Of a stretch of 64,000 nt of DNA, positions 10,589-22,183 are shown one piece after another. The position numbers and the translations under genes were made by a program. The DNA lies in contig OZ257156.1 in the NCBI GenBank assembly GCA_965279375.1, positions 640,001-704,000 on the forward strand, in the 5' to 3' direction. Within the stretch, counting starts at the first letter, position 1; the number at the start of each line of letters is the position of its first letter. The DNA is from Gemmatimonas sp. (GTDB lineage Bacteria > Gemmatimonadota > Gemmatimonadetes > Gemmatimonadales > Gemmatimonadaceae). The notes below the pieces were generated by a model. The model made no database searches and was not told the DNA's origin. It saw only the letters and a program-made list of their open reading frames with translations.

Positions 10589-10972
10589 ATGCCGAGATTG
10601 ATCGATCAGGACATGGTTCGTGAGATTGCGCTCTCCCTGCCGGGCGCCGAGGAATCGCCGGACTACTTCGCCTTTCACGTGATGGTGAAGGACAAGGGGA
10701 AGGGATTTCTCTGGACGTGGCGCGAGCGTGTCGATCCCAAGAAGCCCCGCGTACCCAACCCGCGGGTCATCGCGGCCCGCACGCGAAACGTGGCCGAGCG
10801 TGACCTGATGATCGAGTCAGATCCGCGTGTGTTCTTCACCGAGCCGCACTACAACGGGTATCCCGCCGTGCTGCTGCGGCTGGATGCCGTGTCACGAGAG
10901 ACGCTGGAGATCGTCATCACTGAGGCGTGGCGGTGTGTGGCGCCGCGTGAGCTGACATCGCTGGTTGACTAG
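10589..10972 (+). CDS. MmcQ/YjbR family protein
   Basis: ALSLPGAEE start, FFTEPHYNGYPAVLLRL, EAWRCVAP. Confidence 0.85.
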   Translation: MPRLIDQDMVREIALSLPGAEESPDYFAFHVMVKDKGKGFLWTWRERVDPKKPRVPNPRVIAARTRNVAERDLMIESDPRVFFTEPHYNGYPAVLLRLDAVSRETLEIVITEAWRCVAPRELTSLVD

Positions 10973-10982
10973 CGGGCTTGGG

Positions 10983-11064
10983 CGCGGCCGAGGGTCGTCC
11001 AGTCGCCGTTTACTGCGCGTCGCTTCGCTCGCGCAGAGACGGCTTTGGACGACCCTCGGCCGCG
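10983..11064 (-). repeat. REP-like palindromic element, copy 1 (inverted relative to copies 2 and 3)
   Basis: 19-bp perfect stem CGCGGCCGAGGGTCGTCCA...TGGACGACCCTCGGCCGCG. The interior is a variant reverse complement of copies 2/3. Confidence 0.85.
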
Positions 11065-11118
11065 TGGCGGCGGCGCGACTTCATTCAACGGCATTTAAAG
11101 ACGCGGCACACTGATTCT

Positions 11119-11379
11119 ATGACCAAACCCATCGACGAAATGAACGCCGACGAGCTCACCGCGCACGAGAAGGCGCTGCGCACGACGCTCGGCGTGGCCT
11201 TCGGTATGGACGCCGTGTTCGTCGCGGCGCTCGCGTTCATGACCTACCGCGGCGGCTTGAGCCTCGCCGCGCTCCTCGCCTTCATTCCCATCCTGCTCGC
11301 CAACGTGACCATGATCCGATCGTTCCGCGGGCTGCAGCAAATCCACAAACGACGCGACGCGCTGTCGGCGAAGCGCTAA
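11119..11379 (+). CDS. Small two-TM membrane protein, hypothetical
   Basis: 86 aa with two hydrophobic segments, lying between REP copies 1 and 2. Confidence 0.65.
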   Translation: MTKPIDEMNADELTAHEKALRTTLGVAFGMDAVFVAALAFMTYRGGLSLAALLAFIPILLANVTMIRSFRGLQQIHKRRDALSAKR

Positions 11380-11422
11380 CGCTCAACCGCAGCCGTCGGC
11401 GCCACGCGTAGGCCCAGGCCGC

Positions 11423-11495
11423 AACGCCGAAGGGTCGTCCAAAGCCGCTTCTGCGCGAAGCGCAGTTGGCGGCGACTGGACGACCCTTTGGCGTT
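11423..11495 (+). repeat. REP-like palindromic element, copy 2
   Basis: Core AGGGTCGTCCAAAGCCGCTTCTGCGCGAAGCGCAGTTGGCGGCGACTGGACGACCCT (11431-11487), with flanks AACGCCGA/TTGGCGTT. Confidence 0.9.
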
Positions 11496-11534
11496 ACGAC
11501 CCCGCTTTTAACGTAGGCGACTCGCCCAGGTCGC

Positions 11535-13055
11535 TTACCGGGCCGTGGGCATGATGAAATCGGCGCCGGCGCGCGTGGTTTCCGGCCAGCGCTGCATGAT
11601 GGACTTCTGGCGCGTGTAGAAGTGCACGCCTTCCTCGCCGTACACATGCGTGTCGCCAAAGAGGCTGCGCTTCCATCCGCCGAAGCCGTGCCATGCCATT
11701 GGCACGGGAATCGGCACGTTGATGCCCACCATACCGACCTCGATGCGGCGGGCAAACTCTCGCGCCGTGTGGCCATCGCGCGTGTAGCAGGCAACGCCGT
11801 TGCCGAATTCGTGTGCGTTGATCAGCGCGATCGCGCTAGCGACATCGGGCACGCGGACGCAGCACAGCACGGGGCCAAAGATCTCCTCGCGATAGATGCG
11901 CATGGCAGGCGTCACGTGATCGAACAGCGTGCCGCCGGTGAAGAAACCGTCCGGTCGATCGGACGGGCGCACACCGCGGCCGTCCACGACGAGCGTCGCG
12001 CCTTCTGCTGCACCAAGTTCGACATAGCCCTCGATACGGGCGAGCGCATCGCGTGTGATGACGGGCCCCATGTCGACATCGTCGCGCATGCCGTCGCCGA
12101 TGCGCAGCGCTTTCACTCGCGCGGTTAGCCGTTCGATGACTTCGTCGGCAATGTCGTCGACCAGCACCGCCACGCTGATCGCCATGCAGCGCTCGCCCGC
12201 GGACCCGTAGGCGGCACCAATGAGTCCGTCCACCGCCTGCGCGAGGTCCGCGTCCGGACAGACCACGAGATGATTCTTGGCCCCGCCCAGCGCCTGCACA
12301 CGCTTCCCCTGCTGCGCGGCGCTCTGGTAGATGTGACGCGCAATTGGCGTGGAGCCGACGAAGCTCACCGCGCGAACATCCTCGTGCGCGAGCAGGGCGT
12401 CCACCACCACGCGGTCGCCCTGCACCACATTGAACACGCCGTCCGGCAGACCGGCCTCGGTAAGCAACCGCGCCATCAGCAGCGACGCGCTCGGGTCGCG
12501 CTCACTGGGCTTGAGCACGAACGCATTACCGCACGCGAGAGCAATGGGAAACATCCACATCGGGACCATCGCCGGAAAGTTGAACGGCGTGATGCCCGCC
12601 ACGACGCCGAGCGGTTGCCGCAGCGTCCAGTTGTCGATGCCGGTGGACGCCTGATCGGAGAAGGCGCCGCGCAGGAGCTGAGGAATGCCGGTGGCGTACT
12701 CCACGATCTCGATGCCGCGCGTCACCTCACCCTGGGCGTCCGAGAACACCTTGCCATGCTCGGCGGTGATCACGGCGGCGATCGCATCCCGATGCTCATT
12801 GAGCAGCGCGAGATAGTTGGTCAGGACGCGCGCTCGCCGAATGGGCGCCGTATCGGCCCATGCGCGCTGCGCGTCCGCGGCCGACGCGACGGCAGCCTGC
12901 ACGTCGGCAGCGGAGCCCCGCACAACCTCACGAGCGACCTGCCCGGTGGCCGGATTGTAGACCGGACTGCGAGCAGTCCCGACTCCGGTCGTGACGCGGC
13001 CGTTGAGGTAATGCCCGACGAGGGCAGAATCGACGAATGCTTGGGCGCCAGGCAT
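11535..13055 (-). CDS. mmsA: CoA-acylating methylmalonate-semialdehyde dehydrogenase
   Basis: [45 protein letters not shown] and INVPIPVP motifs. Confidence 0.93.
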   Translation of the reverse strand: MPGAQAFVDSALVGHYLNGRVTTGVGTARSPVYNPATGQVAREVVRGSAADVQAAVASAADAQRAWADTAPIRRARVLTNYLALLNEHRDAIAAVITAEHGKVFSDAQGEVTRGIEIVEYATGIPQLLRGAFSDQASTGIDNWTLRQPLGVVAGITPFNFPAMVPMWMFPIALACGNAFVLKPSERDPSASLLMARLLTEAGLPDGVFNVVQGDRVVVDALLAHEDVRAVSFVGSTPIARHIYQSAAQQGKRVQALGGAKNHLVVCPDADLAQAVDGLIGAAYGSAGERCMAISVAVLVDDIADEVIERLTARVKALRIGDGMRDDVDMGPVITRDALARIEGYVELGAAEGATLVVDGRGVRPSDRPDGFFTGGTLFDHVTPAMRIYREEIFGPVLCCVRVPDVASAIALINAHEFGNGVACYTRDGHTAREFARRIEVGMVGINVPIPVPMAWHGFGGWKRSLFGDTHVYGEEGVHFYTRQKSIMQRWPETTRAGADFIMPTAR

Positions 13056-13245
13056 GGGCGCACTCCGAAATGGCGGGAGGGGCACCCCGGACTTCACGCA
13101 GTTCAGCGGAGCCGTGGTGGGTTGGATTTCAGGTGAGCGTTGATCTTACGGCCTCGAACCGTTCGGAGGCGAGAGCGGACGTGGGGCGAGGGCGAAGCGG
13201 CGGCGATGCGTGGAAGAGAGTCGCGCAGCCCCGCCCAGCCGCAAC

Positions 13246-13312
13246 GCACGAGGGTCGTCCAAAGCCGCTTCTGCGCGAAGCGCAGTTGGCGGCGACTGGA
13301 CGACCCTCGTGC
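13246..13312 (+). repeat. REP-like palindromic element, copy 3
   Basis: Core 13251-13307 identical to copy 2. Flanks GCACG/CGTGC. Confidence 0.9.
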
Positions 13313-13350
13313 CGGCGCGGCTCCGCGCCGATCTATCCGAAGACTGACAA

Positions 13351-15027
<1,677 letters not shown>

Positions 15028-15168
15028 ACGGGAGCAGGGGCAGAGGATACCAGAACGGGAGCCAGCTGCCAGAATCTAGTCGCTCGGGCTGGTTTGTTGC
15101 GGGACGTCGGTGCCTCCGCCCGCGCCGCGACCATGGCTGGACGTGGTCGATGTGCCGTCCTCGACCGC

Positions 15169-16707
15169 TCACGGTGTGGCTGGCCCGGCTCCCATCACTG
15201 TTGCCCGCTCCAACTGCCACCCCTTTGTGCCGTCTCGGTACATCAGGAACACGACGCCGTTGTGCCCGAAGCCGGCGATAGAGCGCCCGACAGGGAGTCT
15301 CACGCGATACGACAGTTCGCCGCGGTTGTTGACCACGTCGTACACCAGCTCACCGGCCTTCGACTGCGCTGAGGTGGTGGGGACGATCCACAGCTGTCCA
15401 TCGAGGTCGGCGCGCGCCGCGCCGGCACGAATGGCCGGGTAGTAGTCCGCGATTTCTTTCAGCGCGACATACTCCACCGAGATGCTCCCGAGCCCTCCGG
15501 GAGGGCCGCCGGGACCGGCACCTGGAGGCCCGCCGCCGAAACCACCCGGTGGACCACCGCCCGGTGGACCGCCGCCCGGAGGACCGCCACCGAAGCCACC
15601 ACCACCGCCCGGCGGCCCACCTCCAAACCCGCCGCCACCCGGCGGGCCGCCACCGAAACCGCCACCCATGGACGCCATTGCGCTCGCGATGGTCGCTTCC
15701 TGCGCCGCAGCGGCCGCCGCGGCCGGATTCGTCGCGGAGGCCTTCGCATCGGCGACGGCCTTGTCCTGCACGGCACGCGCCGAATCGATCAGGGCCTGCT
15801 TGTCTTCGTCCGTCAGTCGCTTCCAGTCGAAGGGCAACTTGGCGGCAGCATACGTCTTGCCATCAGGCTGCGTCACGTCGATGTGATAGTCGTGTCCACG
15901 CACCAAAGCGATGGTGCCGTCGGACAGCACGGCCCATTCGTCCACGGTGTTGATTGGATTGACGATGAGCTTCAGCTGCATCTTGCCATTCGCGTCCAAC
16001 GACATGTTCGGGCGATTGCCGCTCTGCACTTTCAGCTTGCCGATCGTGTCGACGATGCGCGTGTCGAAGTTGGCGCGTAGCAACGGCGCCGAATCCGGCA
16101 CCTGTACTGTCGGCGGCGCCTGGCCAGGCGCAGCGGTCGGCGAAGAGTTCGCCGCGCTTCCCGCTCGGACGGCCACCTGGAGTCCGCCTCGATAAATCAG
16201 ATTGCCCTTGGCATCGACGCCGCTGGCACCTCCAGCGAGGTTGCGCAAATCGTTGGGGCGAGGAGCCGACATCACGTGCGCGATCTTCCCCGTGGGATCG
16301 ATGACGAGCAGCGACAGCGACGTCCCATCGACGAAGAGCGACGAATCGGCAAGATACGGAATGAGCGGTTGTGCACGTGGACCATACCCCTGACCGCCGA
16401 CGGCGACGGAATCCACAACGACCGTCGGATTGCCCAGCGTGTTGTCCAGCACCACCAGCTGTCGGCGCACACCGTCGTTCACCAGTACTCCACCACCGGC
16501 CAGCTGCCGTACGCCGAAGATGTTGCCGAAATACGTGGAGCTCTTGGCGTCGATCGGCGCCAACTCGCGAATGGGCACGGCGCGCTGCGCCGCTGCGGCC
16601 GGTGCGATGATCAGCGGGCAGCCGAGGGCGACAAGAACACCGGCGGTCGCGCGAGAGATCGGTGCGCAAACCGCCGCTTGGAGCGAGAACCAAATGGGTC
16701 GAGTCAT
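15169..16707 (-). CDS. Secreted beta-propeller-like protein with Gly/Pro low-complexity insert
   Basis: Signal peptide ending AAAAQ, beta-rich repeats (DLDGQLW, YDVVNNRGEL), GGPPGG tandem tract. Confidence 0.7.
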   Translation of the reverse strand: MTRPIWFSLQAAVCAPISRATAGVLVALGCPLIIAPAAAAQRAVPIRELAPIDAKSSTYFGNIFGVRQLAGGGVLVNDGVRRQLVVLDNTLGNPTVVVDSVAVGGQGYGPRAQPLIPYLADSSLFVDGTSLSLLVIDPTGKIAHVMSAPRPNDLRNLAGGASGVDAKGNLIYRGGLQVAVRAGSAANSSPTAAPGQAPPTVQVPDSAPLLRANFDTRIVDTIGKLKVQSGNRPNMSLDANGKMQLKLIVNPINTVDEWAVLSDGTIALVRGHDYHIDVTQPDGKTYAAAKLPFDWKRLTDEDKQALIDSARAVQDKAVADAKASATNPAAAAAAAQEATIASAMASMGGGFGGGPPGGGGFGGGPPGGGGGFGGGPPGGGPPGGGPPGGFGGGPPGAGPGGPPGGLGSISVEYVALKEIADYYPAIRAGAARADLDGQLWIVPTTSAQSKAGELVYDVVNNRGELSYRVRLPVGRSIAGFGHNGVVFLMYRDGTKGWQLERATVMGAGPATP

Positions 16708-16777
16708 GACCGATTGACTGAGAGTGATGTGCAACTGGCGTTTCGACGAGCGTGCAGCAACCGCGCCTCCGGCAGTG

Positions 16778-19700
16778 CTATCGGATGAAGAACGCGCCGC
16801 CATCACCCGAGCTCGAGGAGCGCAGGAACTTGAGCACGCGCTCATCGAGATAGTTGGTGAGTTGCAGCGGCAGCTTTCGCTTTTGCGACGCGCTCAACAG
16901 GCGTTTGACGTGTGGAACGAGCGTGATCAGGTAGTCCACGGTCTCTTCGCGCGCGGCGACATAAGCGCCGTACGCCGCCGTGCGATCGTAGTTCGTCGGC
17001 AACGACTCCAGCTGCGCCGAAACTGGCGACCAGAGCGCATCGGCCCGCTGCGTGAACAAGCGGCTCAGCGCCGAGATGCTGTCGGCCTGCAGGCGCGTGA
17101 GCTTGAGCGAATCGGGCTGCTGCAGGATCAGCGCCATCGGATTCGGGATCGTGCTGCTGCCCAGCGCCTTGAGCGATGACGCGTTGAGCTTCGCGCCGTC
17201 TCTCCCTCGTCCTTGATCGAGGCGCTGCGTCAGCACCTGACGTTCACGCGGCGTGCCCACGTCCAGTTGCACACGCAAACTGATCAGCGGGATCTGTCGA
17301 TTCGTGGATTGCGTCGGCCGCGTGCTGCCGAAGCGCTGGTTCACCTCGTACTTGTACTGACGCGTCGCGGGATCGAACCCGCGCACCAGCAGCAGACTCG
17401 CGTCGGGAGCGATTGTCTGTCCCCAGCCGCGGATGTTCTGGCCGTTCACGAGCAAGTCCGCCAACCCGAGGGGATTGTTCACCGTGAAGTTCACGCTCGC
17501 GCGCTTCGGTAGCCGGATCTTCTGCGGATTGAAAGCGAAACTCAGACTGCTGGACGCCGTCCACGGCGACTCGCAACTGCCACGCGACGCCAGCGTCCCC
17601 AACTGACTGCGCAGGCATTTGCGGGCGGAGGCGTCACCGCTCGACAGCAGCGTGCTCATGGCCGAGCCAAGCGCGGCCTCCGAAACGGTGGCCGGATTGA
17701 ACACGAACGCCCGATCGTTGCTGCTGCTGCCATCGCCATTCACGTCGCCCGCAATCGACGGCGTGTATCTCGCGCCGGATTGAAAGGAGATGTTCCACGT
17801 CACGTAGACGACATCGAACACCGGAATGCTGCTGAAACCGACACCGACAGTGTGCCGACCCTGCTGCAGCCCTCGGCCCCATGCCTTTTCGAATGGATCG
17901 CCGACGGTGCTGCTGAAGCCGCGATACTGCTCACTCACCGCCAGCAGCTGATACGACACGTTCCACTTGAGCTTGGGATTCGCCGTCACCGGCTTGAGCG
18001 ACACGAACAGCTGCTTCGTGTCCGAGCGGAGATCGGAGCGCTGCTCAGAGACGCGGAGAAAATCGAGTGTGCGTCGCGTGTCGCCGAGTGCGACGGTGCC
18101 AGTGCGTTCGTCGATGGCGGCGACGTTCGCAAAGACGGGCCGACCACCTTCATTGCTGAGTGTGAATCGCTGAATGTTGGAGAAATTGAGATCGACGGCG
18201 TCTTGCTGACCGAGGTTGAGTGAGAACGTTCCCGAGAGGCCCAGCGCGAAGCGATTGTCGAGCACGGGTCCACTCCAACTCAGACTGCTGCGCCACGATT
18301 TGGACTGCGCGTAATCCTGCGCGAAGAGCGTGACATTCGGCGTCGCATTCGAGAACTGCGTCCCTTGCGTGCCATCGGCGCACGCGCTCGGTATCGACGC
18401 CGGGTTCGTCGCGTAGTCGCTCCAGCGCGGGCTCGGCGATGCCGGCCCATTGCACGAGATCTGTTGCGTGGAGCTTGATAGTCCCGTGCTGTTCACCGCT
18501 CCGGAAATGAGATCGGCGCCGCGCACGTTCTGAAACAGGCCGAGTCCACCCTGAACGACCGCACGCGGCGGTCGCGCGGCGCCGGGCACAAAGTCAATCT
18601 GATTCTGCTTCCCGTAGAACCAGCTGAAGCCCACGCGAGGACTCACAACGAGCCCGTTGGGCACGACGTCGTTCCGCGCACCCAGGCGTTGCTCCAGCAG
18701 CGGGTTTCGATCCGGCGCTGTCAGGAATCGGTTGCCATCAACTCGCGCGCCGAACTGCACCTGCACGTCGGTTGAGGGACGCCACGAATCGCCGAGCGAA
18801 ACGGCACCCGTGAGTTGATTGCCGATGCGTCGCGGTGACGACAGTGTGCGCGTGAACGATGCCGGCTGACCCGCGGCCAGATCAGCGAGGGAGTTGTAGG
18901 CGAAGGAGCCGTACAGATTGGTGCTCTGTTCCGCCGAGCTTTGTTCGGTACGCAACGTCGACGTCAACTTCAGCGCGTGCCGATTGTTTCCGGAGTACCA
19001 GCGCAACTCGTTCGAGAGCTCACCGTTGGTGGTGCGCGAGTTGAGCAGCGACGGATTCCCGCCGAAGGACAACGTACGCACCGCCGCTGAGCCATCGTCC
19101 AATAGCGAGTTGATGCGCACCGTGCCACTCGGGACCCGCAGGTACGGAGCATTCTCCTGTCCCGCCAGGCTGACTCCAATGTTCGTTGTCGACAGAAAAC
19201 TCGACCAGATGTAGGCGCTTTGCTTGGCGGTCAGCTGCGCGCTCCAGCTTTGCGATTCGCCGTTGTGCGCTGGGACGCTGAGGATCGCTGAATTCGTGCC
19301 TACGCCAATACCGCCCACAGCACCGATGGGACCGCCGCCACCGAGCGGAATGTTTCCAAAGCCGCTGTTTCCGCCGATGACCTGTCTGTTTTTGGTGTAG
19401 TTGCCGACGTACCCGAGCGTGAATCCGTTGCCCGTGCCGTTGGCATTCGGCGTGATGTCAAAGTTGCCTTGCGCGAGATACTGATCGGTGATCTGCTGCG
19501 ACGGCGCGCTGGCGATCGAAACCGGAATCTTCAGGCCGCCCAGGATATCGAGCAGTCGCGTGACCGAGTCACGCGCGACGCCGGCCGACGACAAGCCGAG
19601 CGCGCTGGTATTCAGCAGCGACGGCAGATCGTTGAAGCGGCGCGAGACCTGGGCGGACGTGTTGTAGAAATTCCTGTCCATCGTGATCGGCCCACGGCCG

Positions 19701-20545
19701 CCGAAACCCAGCTGGACGTTGGTGTACTTCTTGTTCTGCGCTTGCGCCACATCGTCGGCAAATTGGAGCGTGGGCGAGATGGCGTTCGTGCTGGCTTGAC
19801 GATTCGAAAAATTGGTGCCGGGCTGCGTGGTGACGGAGATGCGTCCGCCGCTGAAGCTTCCGATCGCGGGATCGAACGTTGAGGTCACCACCGTCGCGGT
19901 CACCTGAGCGTCGGAGGGCAACACGCTGACCGCCGAGCCGAGCCCGTTGAACGTGCTGCTGTTCTGATCCGACGAGAGCCCCAGCGCGGAGAAGACGTCG
20001 GCCGCGCCGTCGAGTCCTGGTATGAGTTGGATGCCGGGTAGTCCAGCGGCGAGCACCGCGAGATTTCCCATCTGATCCGGTGACACGCTCTTGTTGTTGA
20101 GCGCCGTCTCATTCCCGCCGACGTTCACGTTGCCGGCGTTGCGGTTGGCCAGCGCGCGCGGACCGTCGGCGCTCACGTTCATCGCGTCCAACGTCGCTAT
20201 GCTCGAGACCAGCTTGGTATCCGCGATCAGGACGTCCTCGTCCGCGATACGCTTGACCTCGAAGCGCTTGCGGACAAAGCCGACCGCGCTGAACTCCAGC
20301 CAATAGTCGCCTTCTCCATTCGGATACGTGATCGAGTAGCGGCCGTTCTTGTCCGAGCGCGTGGTCTTGGCCACGTTGCCCGAGTACCCGGTGGCACGCA
20401 CCATCACGTTCGGCAGCGGCTCGCCGTCTGGACCTGTGATGCGGCCGCGGATGACGTCGAGCGTTTGTGCCGAGGCAACGGACGAAACGAACGCCGCCGC
20501 GCAGATGGCAATGACCTGCAGGACGACACTGCGCGTGAATCGCAT
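16778..20545 (-). CDS. TonB-dependent-receptor-like outer-membrane protein: N-terminal carboxypeptidase-regulatory-like domain, C-terminal helical extension
   Basis: Signal peptide, IRGRITGPDGEPL...SDKNGRYSI domain, amphipathic beta-strands (SPRVGFSW), helical LKLTxxQ tail. Confidence 0.8.
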   Translation of the reverse strand: MRFTRSVVLQVIAICAAAFVSSVASAQTLDVIRGRITGPDGEPLPNVMVRATGYSGNVAKTTRSDKNGRYSITYPNGEGDYWLEFSAVGFVRKRFEVKRIADEDVLIADTKLVSSIATLDAMNVSADGPRALANRNAGNVNVGGNETALNNKSVSPDQMGNLAVLAAGLPGIQLIPGLDGAADVFSALGLSSDQNSSTFNGLGSAVSVLPSDAQVTATVVTSTFDPAIGSFSGGRISVTTQPGTNFSNRQASTNAISPTLQFADDVAQAQNKKYTNVQLGFGGRGPITMDRNFYNTSAQVSRRFNDLPSLLNTSALGLSSAGVARDSVTRLLDILGGLKIPVSIASAPSQQITDQYLAQGNFDITPNANGTGNGFTLGYVGNYTKNRQVIGGNSGFGNIPLGGGGPIGAVGGIGVGTNSAILSVPAHNGESQSWSAQLTAKQSAYIWSSFLSTTNIGVSLAGQENAPYLRVPSGTVRINSLLDDGSAAVRTLSFGGNPSLLNSRTTNGELSNELRWYSGNNRHALKLTSTLRTEQSSAEQSTNLYGSFAYNSLADLAAGQPASFTRTLSSPRRIGNQLTGAVSLGDSWRPSTDVQVQFGARVDGNRFLTAPDRNPLLEQRLGARNDVVPNGLVVSPRVGFSWFYGKQNQIDFVPGAARPPRAVVQGGLGLFQNVRGADLISGAVNSTGLSSSTQQISCNGPASPSPRWSDYATNPASIPSACADGTQGTQFSNATPNVTLFAQDYAQSKSWRSSLSWSGPVLDNRFALGLSGTFSLNLGQQDAVDLNFSNIQRFTLSNEGGRPVFANVAAIDERTGTVALGDTRRTLDFLRVSEQRSDLRSDTKQLFVSLKPVTANPKLKWNVSYQLLAVSEQYRGFSSTVGDPFEKAWGRGLQQGRHTVGVGFSSIPVFDVVYVTWNISFQSGARYTPSIAGDVNGDGSSSNDRAFVFNPATVSEAALGSAMSTLLSSGDASARKCLRSQLGTLASRGSCESPWTASSSLSFAFNPQKIRLPKRASVNFTVNNPLGLADLLVNGQNIRGWGQTIAPDASLLLVRGFDPATRQYKYEVNQRFGSTRPTQSTNRQIPLISLRVQLDVGTPRERQVLTQRLDQGRGRDGAKLNASSLKALGSSTIPNPMALILQQPDSLKLTRLQADSISALSRLFTQRADALWSPVSAQLESLPTNYDRTAAYGAYVAAREETVDYLITLVPHVKRLLSASQKRKLPLQLTNYLDERVLKFLRSSSSGDGGAFFIR

Positions 20546-20621
20546 TGGGGCGAAGCCGGAGAAAGACTCGGGTGCACCGTCCCGTACTGCGATTGACGAG
20601 TGCGTTCGACGTGTCTTTTAG

Positions 20622-20650
20622 GTACCGCGCCCACTTCACAAACGTTTGGT
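20622..20650 (-). promoter_or_regulatory. Predicted ECF-sigma promoter A (ACCAAACGTT-N14-GGTAC) upstream of the 1255-aa receptor
   Basis: Minus strand reads ACCAAAC-gtttgtgaagtgggcgc-GGTAC (17-nt spacer). Matches promoters B and C. Confidence 0.75.
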
Positions 20651-20676
20651 GCGTCTCTGCCGCACCAAGGTGCCGT

Positions 20677-21117
20677 TCAGTTTCGCTGCTGGATTCGTGA
20701 TCGCATGGAATCCAGTCTCGCCCTCTGCGTGGGCGTGAGCACCGAATCGATGGCGCGCTGGTTGCCCTGCATGAGTGAGTCGAGCAGCGGCCGCATCGTT
20801 TGTGCGGCCCGCTGCATCGACTCGAATTGGAGCGACATCAGGCTGTCGACCTGTGTGCGTTGCGTCGGCGAGAGATCAAGCTCGTCCGCCATACGCTCGG
20901 AAATGCGTCGGCGCATCTCGGGCGAGATGGTCGGCGGACCATTGCCCGCCGCAGGAAATGGCGGTGGCATGGGGCCACCGAACCGACGCGGCAGCAGCAC
21001 CGTGCGATCCAGGGCCACGCCGGCGACGGCGCCCACCAGCGCCACGATCAGGAGGACGATCAACGCGGTCCAACGAGGCGAGAGCCCCGCACGAGTACCC
21101 ACCGCCGGATCGCTCAT
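20677..21117 (-). CDS. Membrane-anchored periplasmic Spy/CpxP-like (LTxxQ) protein
   Basis: N-terminal TM, ELDLSPTQ and VLTPTQ motifs, Met-rich helices. Confidence 0.75.
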   Translation of the reverse strand: MSDPAVGTRAGLSPRWTALIVLLIVALVGAVAGVALDRTVLLPRRFGGPMPPPFPAAGNGPPTISPEMRRRISERMADELDLSPTQRTQVDSLMSLQFESMQRAAQTMRPLLDSLMQGNQRAIDSVLTPTQRARLDSMRSRIQQRN

Positions 21118-21548
21118 CGAGCGTCGCGTGAGTCGCGTGAGGCCACGGTCTGTACGCCCAGCAACATCGCGTCTGCGCTCGCGGGGAGCAGCAGTTGATC
21201 GGCGACTTGCAGGGTGAGCGTCGCATCGGCACCCAAGCCGTACGCCAGCAATGAGCTCGGGTCGTCGCGGACCGGCGAGCCTGGCTGGGCACGCACCAAC
21301 ACAATGCAGAGCACGGCCGCGGCGAGTCCGATCGGCACGGCAAAACGCCCGATCGCGCTCGTCGCATCGAGCCAGGATGTCGCCTGCCGGCGACGCTGCG
21401 CCAACGGAAACGCCGCGGCACCGCGAACACGCGCGCGAAGCGCCTCGACCTCGACCGGCGTGCCGACGCGATGCATCGCACGCAAGCGCGCCGCGATGTC
21501 TACGTCGCGCGCGTCGGCAAGATCGTCCGGCAGTTCATCATCCCTCAT
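21114..21548 (-). CDS. Putative anti-sigma factor (single TM)
   Basis: Overlaps the sigma stop by 4 nt. One central TM (AVPIGLAAAVLCIVLV). Confidence 0.65.
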   Translation of the reverse strand: MRDDELPDDLADARDVDIAARLRAMHRVGTPVEVEALRARVRGAAAFPLAQRRRQATSWLDATSAIGRFAVPIGLAAAVLCIVLVRAQPGSPVRDDPSSLLAYGLGADATLTLQVADQLLLPASADAMLLGVQTVASRDSRDAR

Positions 21549-22183
21549 GTGGTCTCCGACATAGTCTCGTCATCACCGTCTCGCAGCACCGCCAGCGCTG
21601 CGCGCAATGTGCGCCGCGCGTCGTGCAGATGCCACCGCACCGTCTGCACGGCGACATTCAGTTCGATCGCGATCTCCGCAGCATTCCATCCTTCCACCTC
21701 GTGCAGCATGATCACCTGTCGCTGTCGTTCCGAAAGCGACGCAACCGCCTGCCCAAAGCGCTCTTCCACATCGACACGGACCGCGTGATCCGCCGGTGTC
21801 GGTGCCGACGCAGCGGCCGTCTCGCTCAGCAGCTCGTGTCGCCGCACCCGTCGTGCCTGCTGATGATTCAGTCCGAGATTGACCAGCAGGCGAAAGAACC
21901 ATGGGGCAAACGGTCGCGATTGGTCGTGTTGCTCCAGTCGATCGAGCGCGCGCAGACACGCGTCCTGCACGAGATCTTCAGCATCTTCCTCGTGTTCAAG
22001 CAGGCGACGCGCGAGTTGCAGTGCTCGGGCAAGGAGCGGCGTGATGAGGGCGTCGAAGGCCGACGCGTCTCCCGCCTGTGCACGTGCCACCAGCGCCGCA
22101 TCCTGCGCGACCGACGACGGCGCGTGTGATTCATCGTCGGGCGATCCCACGCGATCAGCGACGATCCAGCTCTCGTCCGCCAT
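21545..22183 (-). CDS. ECF RNA polymerase sigma factor
   Basis: Region 2 (GDASAFDAL, DAEDLVQDA, FAPWFFRL) and region 4 (LSERQRQVIML, EIA...TVRWHLHDARRTL). Confidence 0.93.
   Translation of the reverse strand: MADESWIVADRVGSPDDESHAPSSVAQDAALVARAQAGDASAFDALITPLLARALQLARRLLEHEEDAEDLVQDACLRALDRLEQHDQSRPFAPWFFRLLVNLGLNHQQARRVRRHELLSETAAASAPTPADHAVRVDVEERFGQAVASLSERQRQVIMLHEVEGWNAAEIAIELNVAVQTVRWHLHDARRTLRAALAVLRDGDDETMSETT

Noticed and set aside
10991..13307. Repeats read as a CRISPR array
   Set aside because: Only three copies, irregular spacing of hundreds to ~1800 nt with genes between, mixed orientation, no cas genes.
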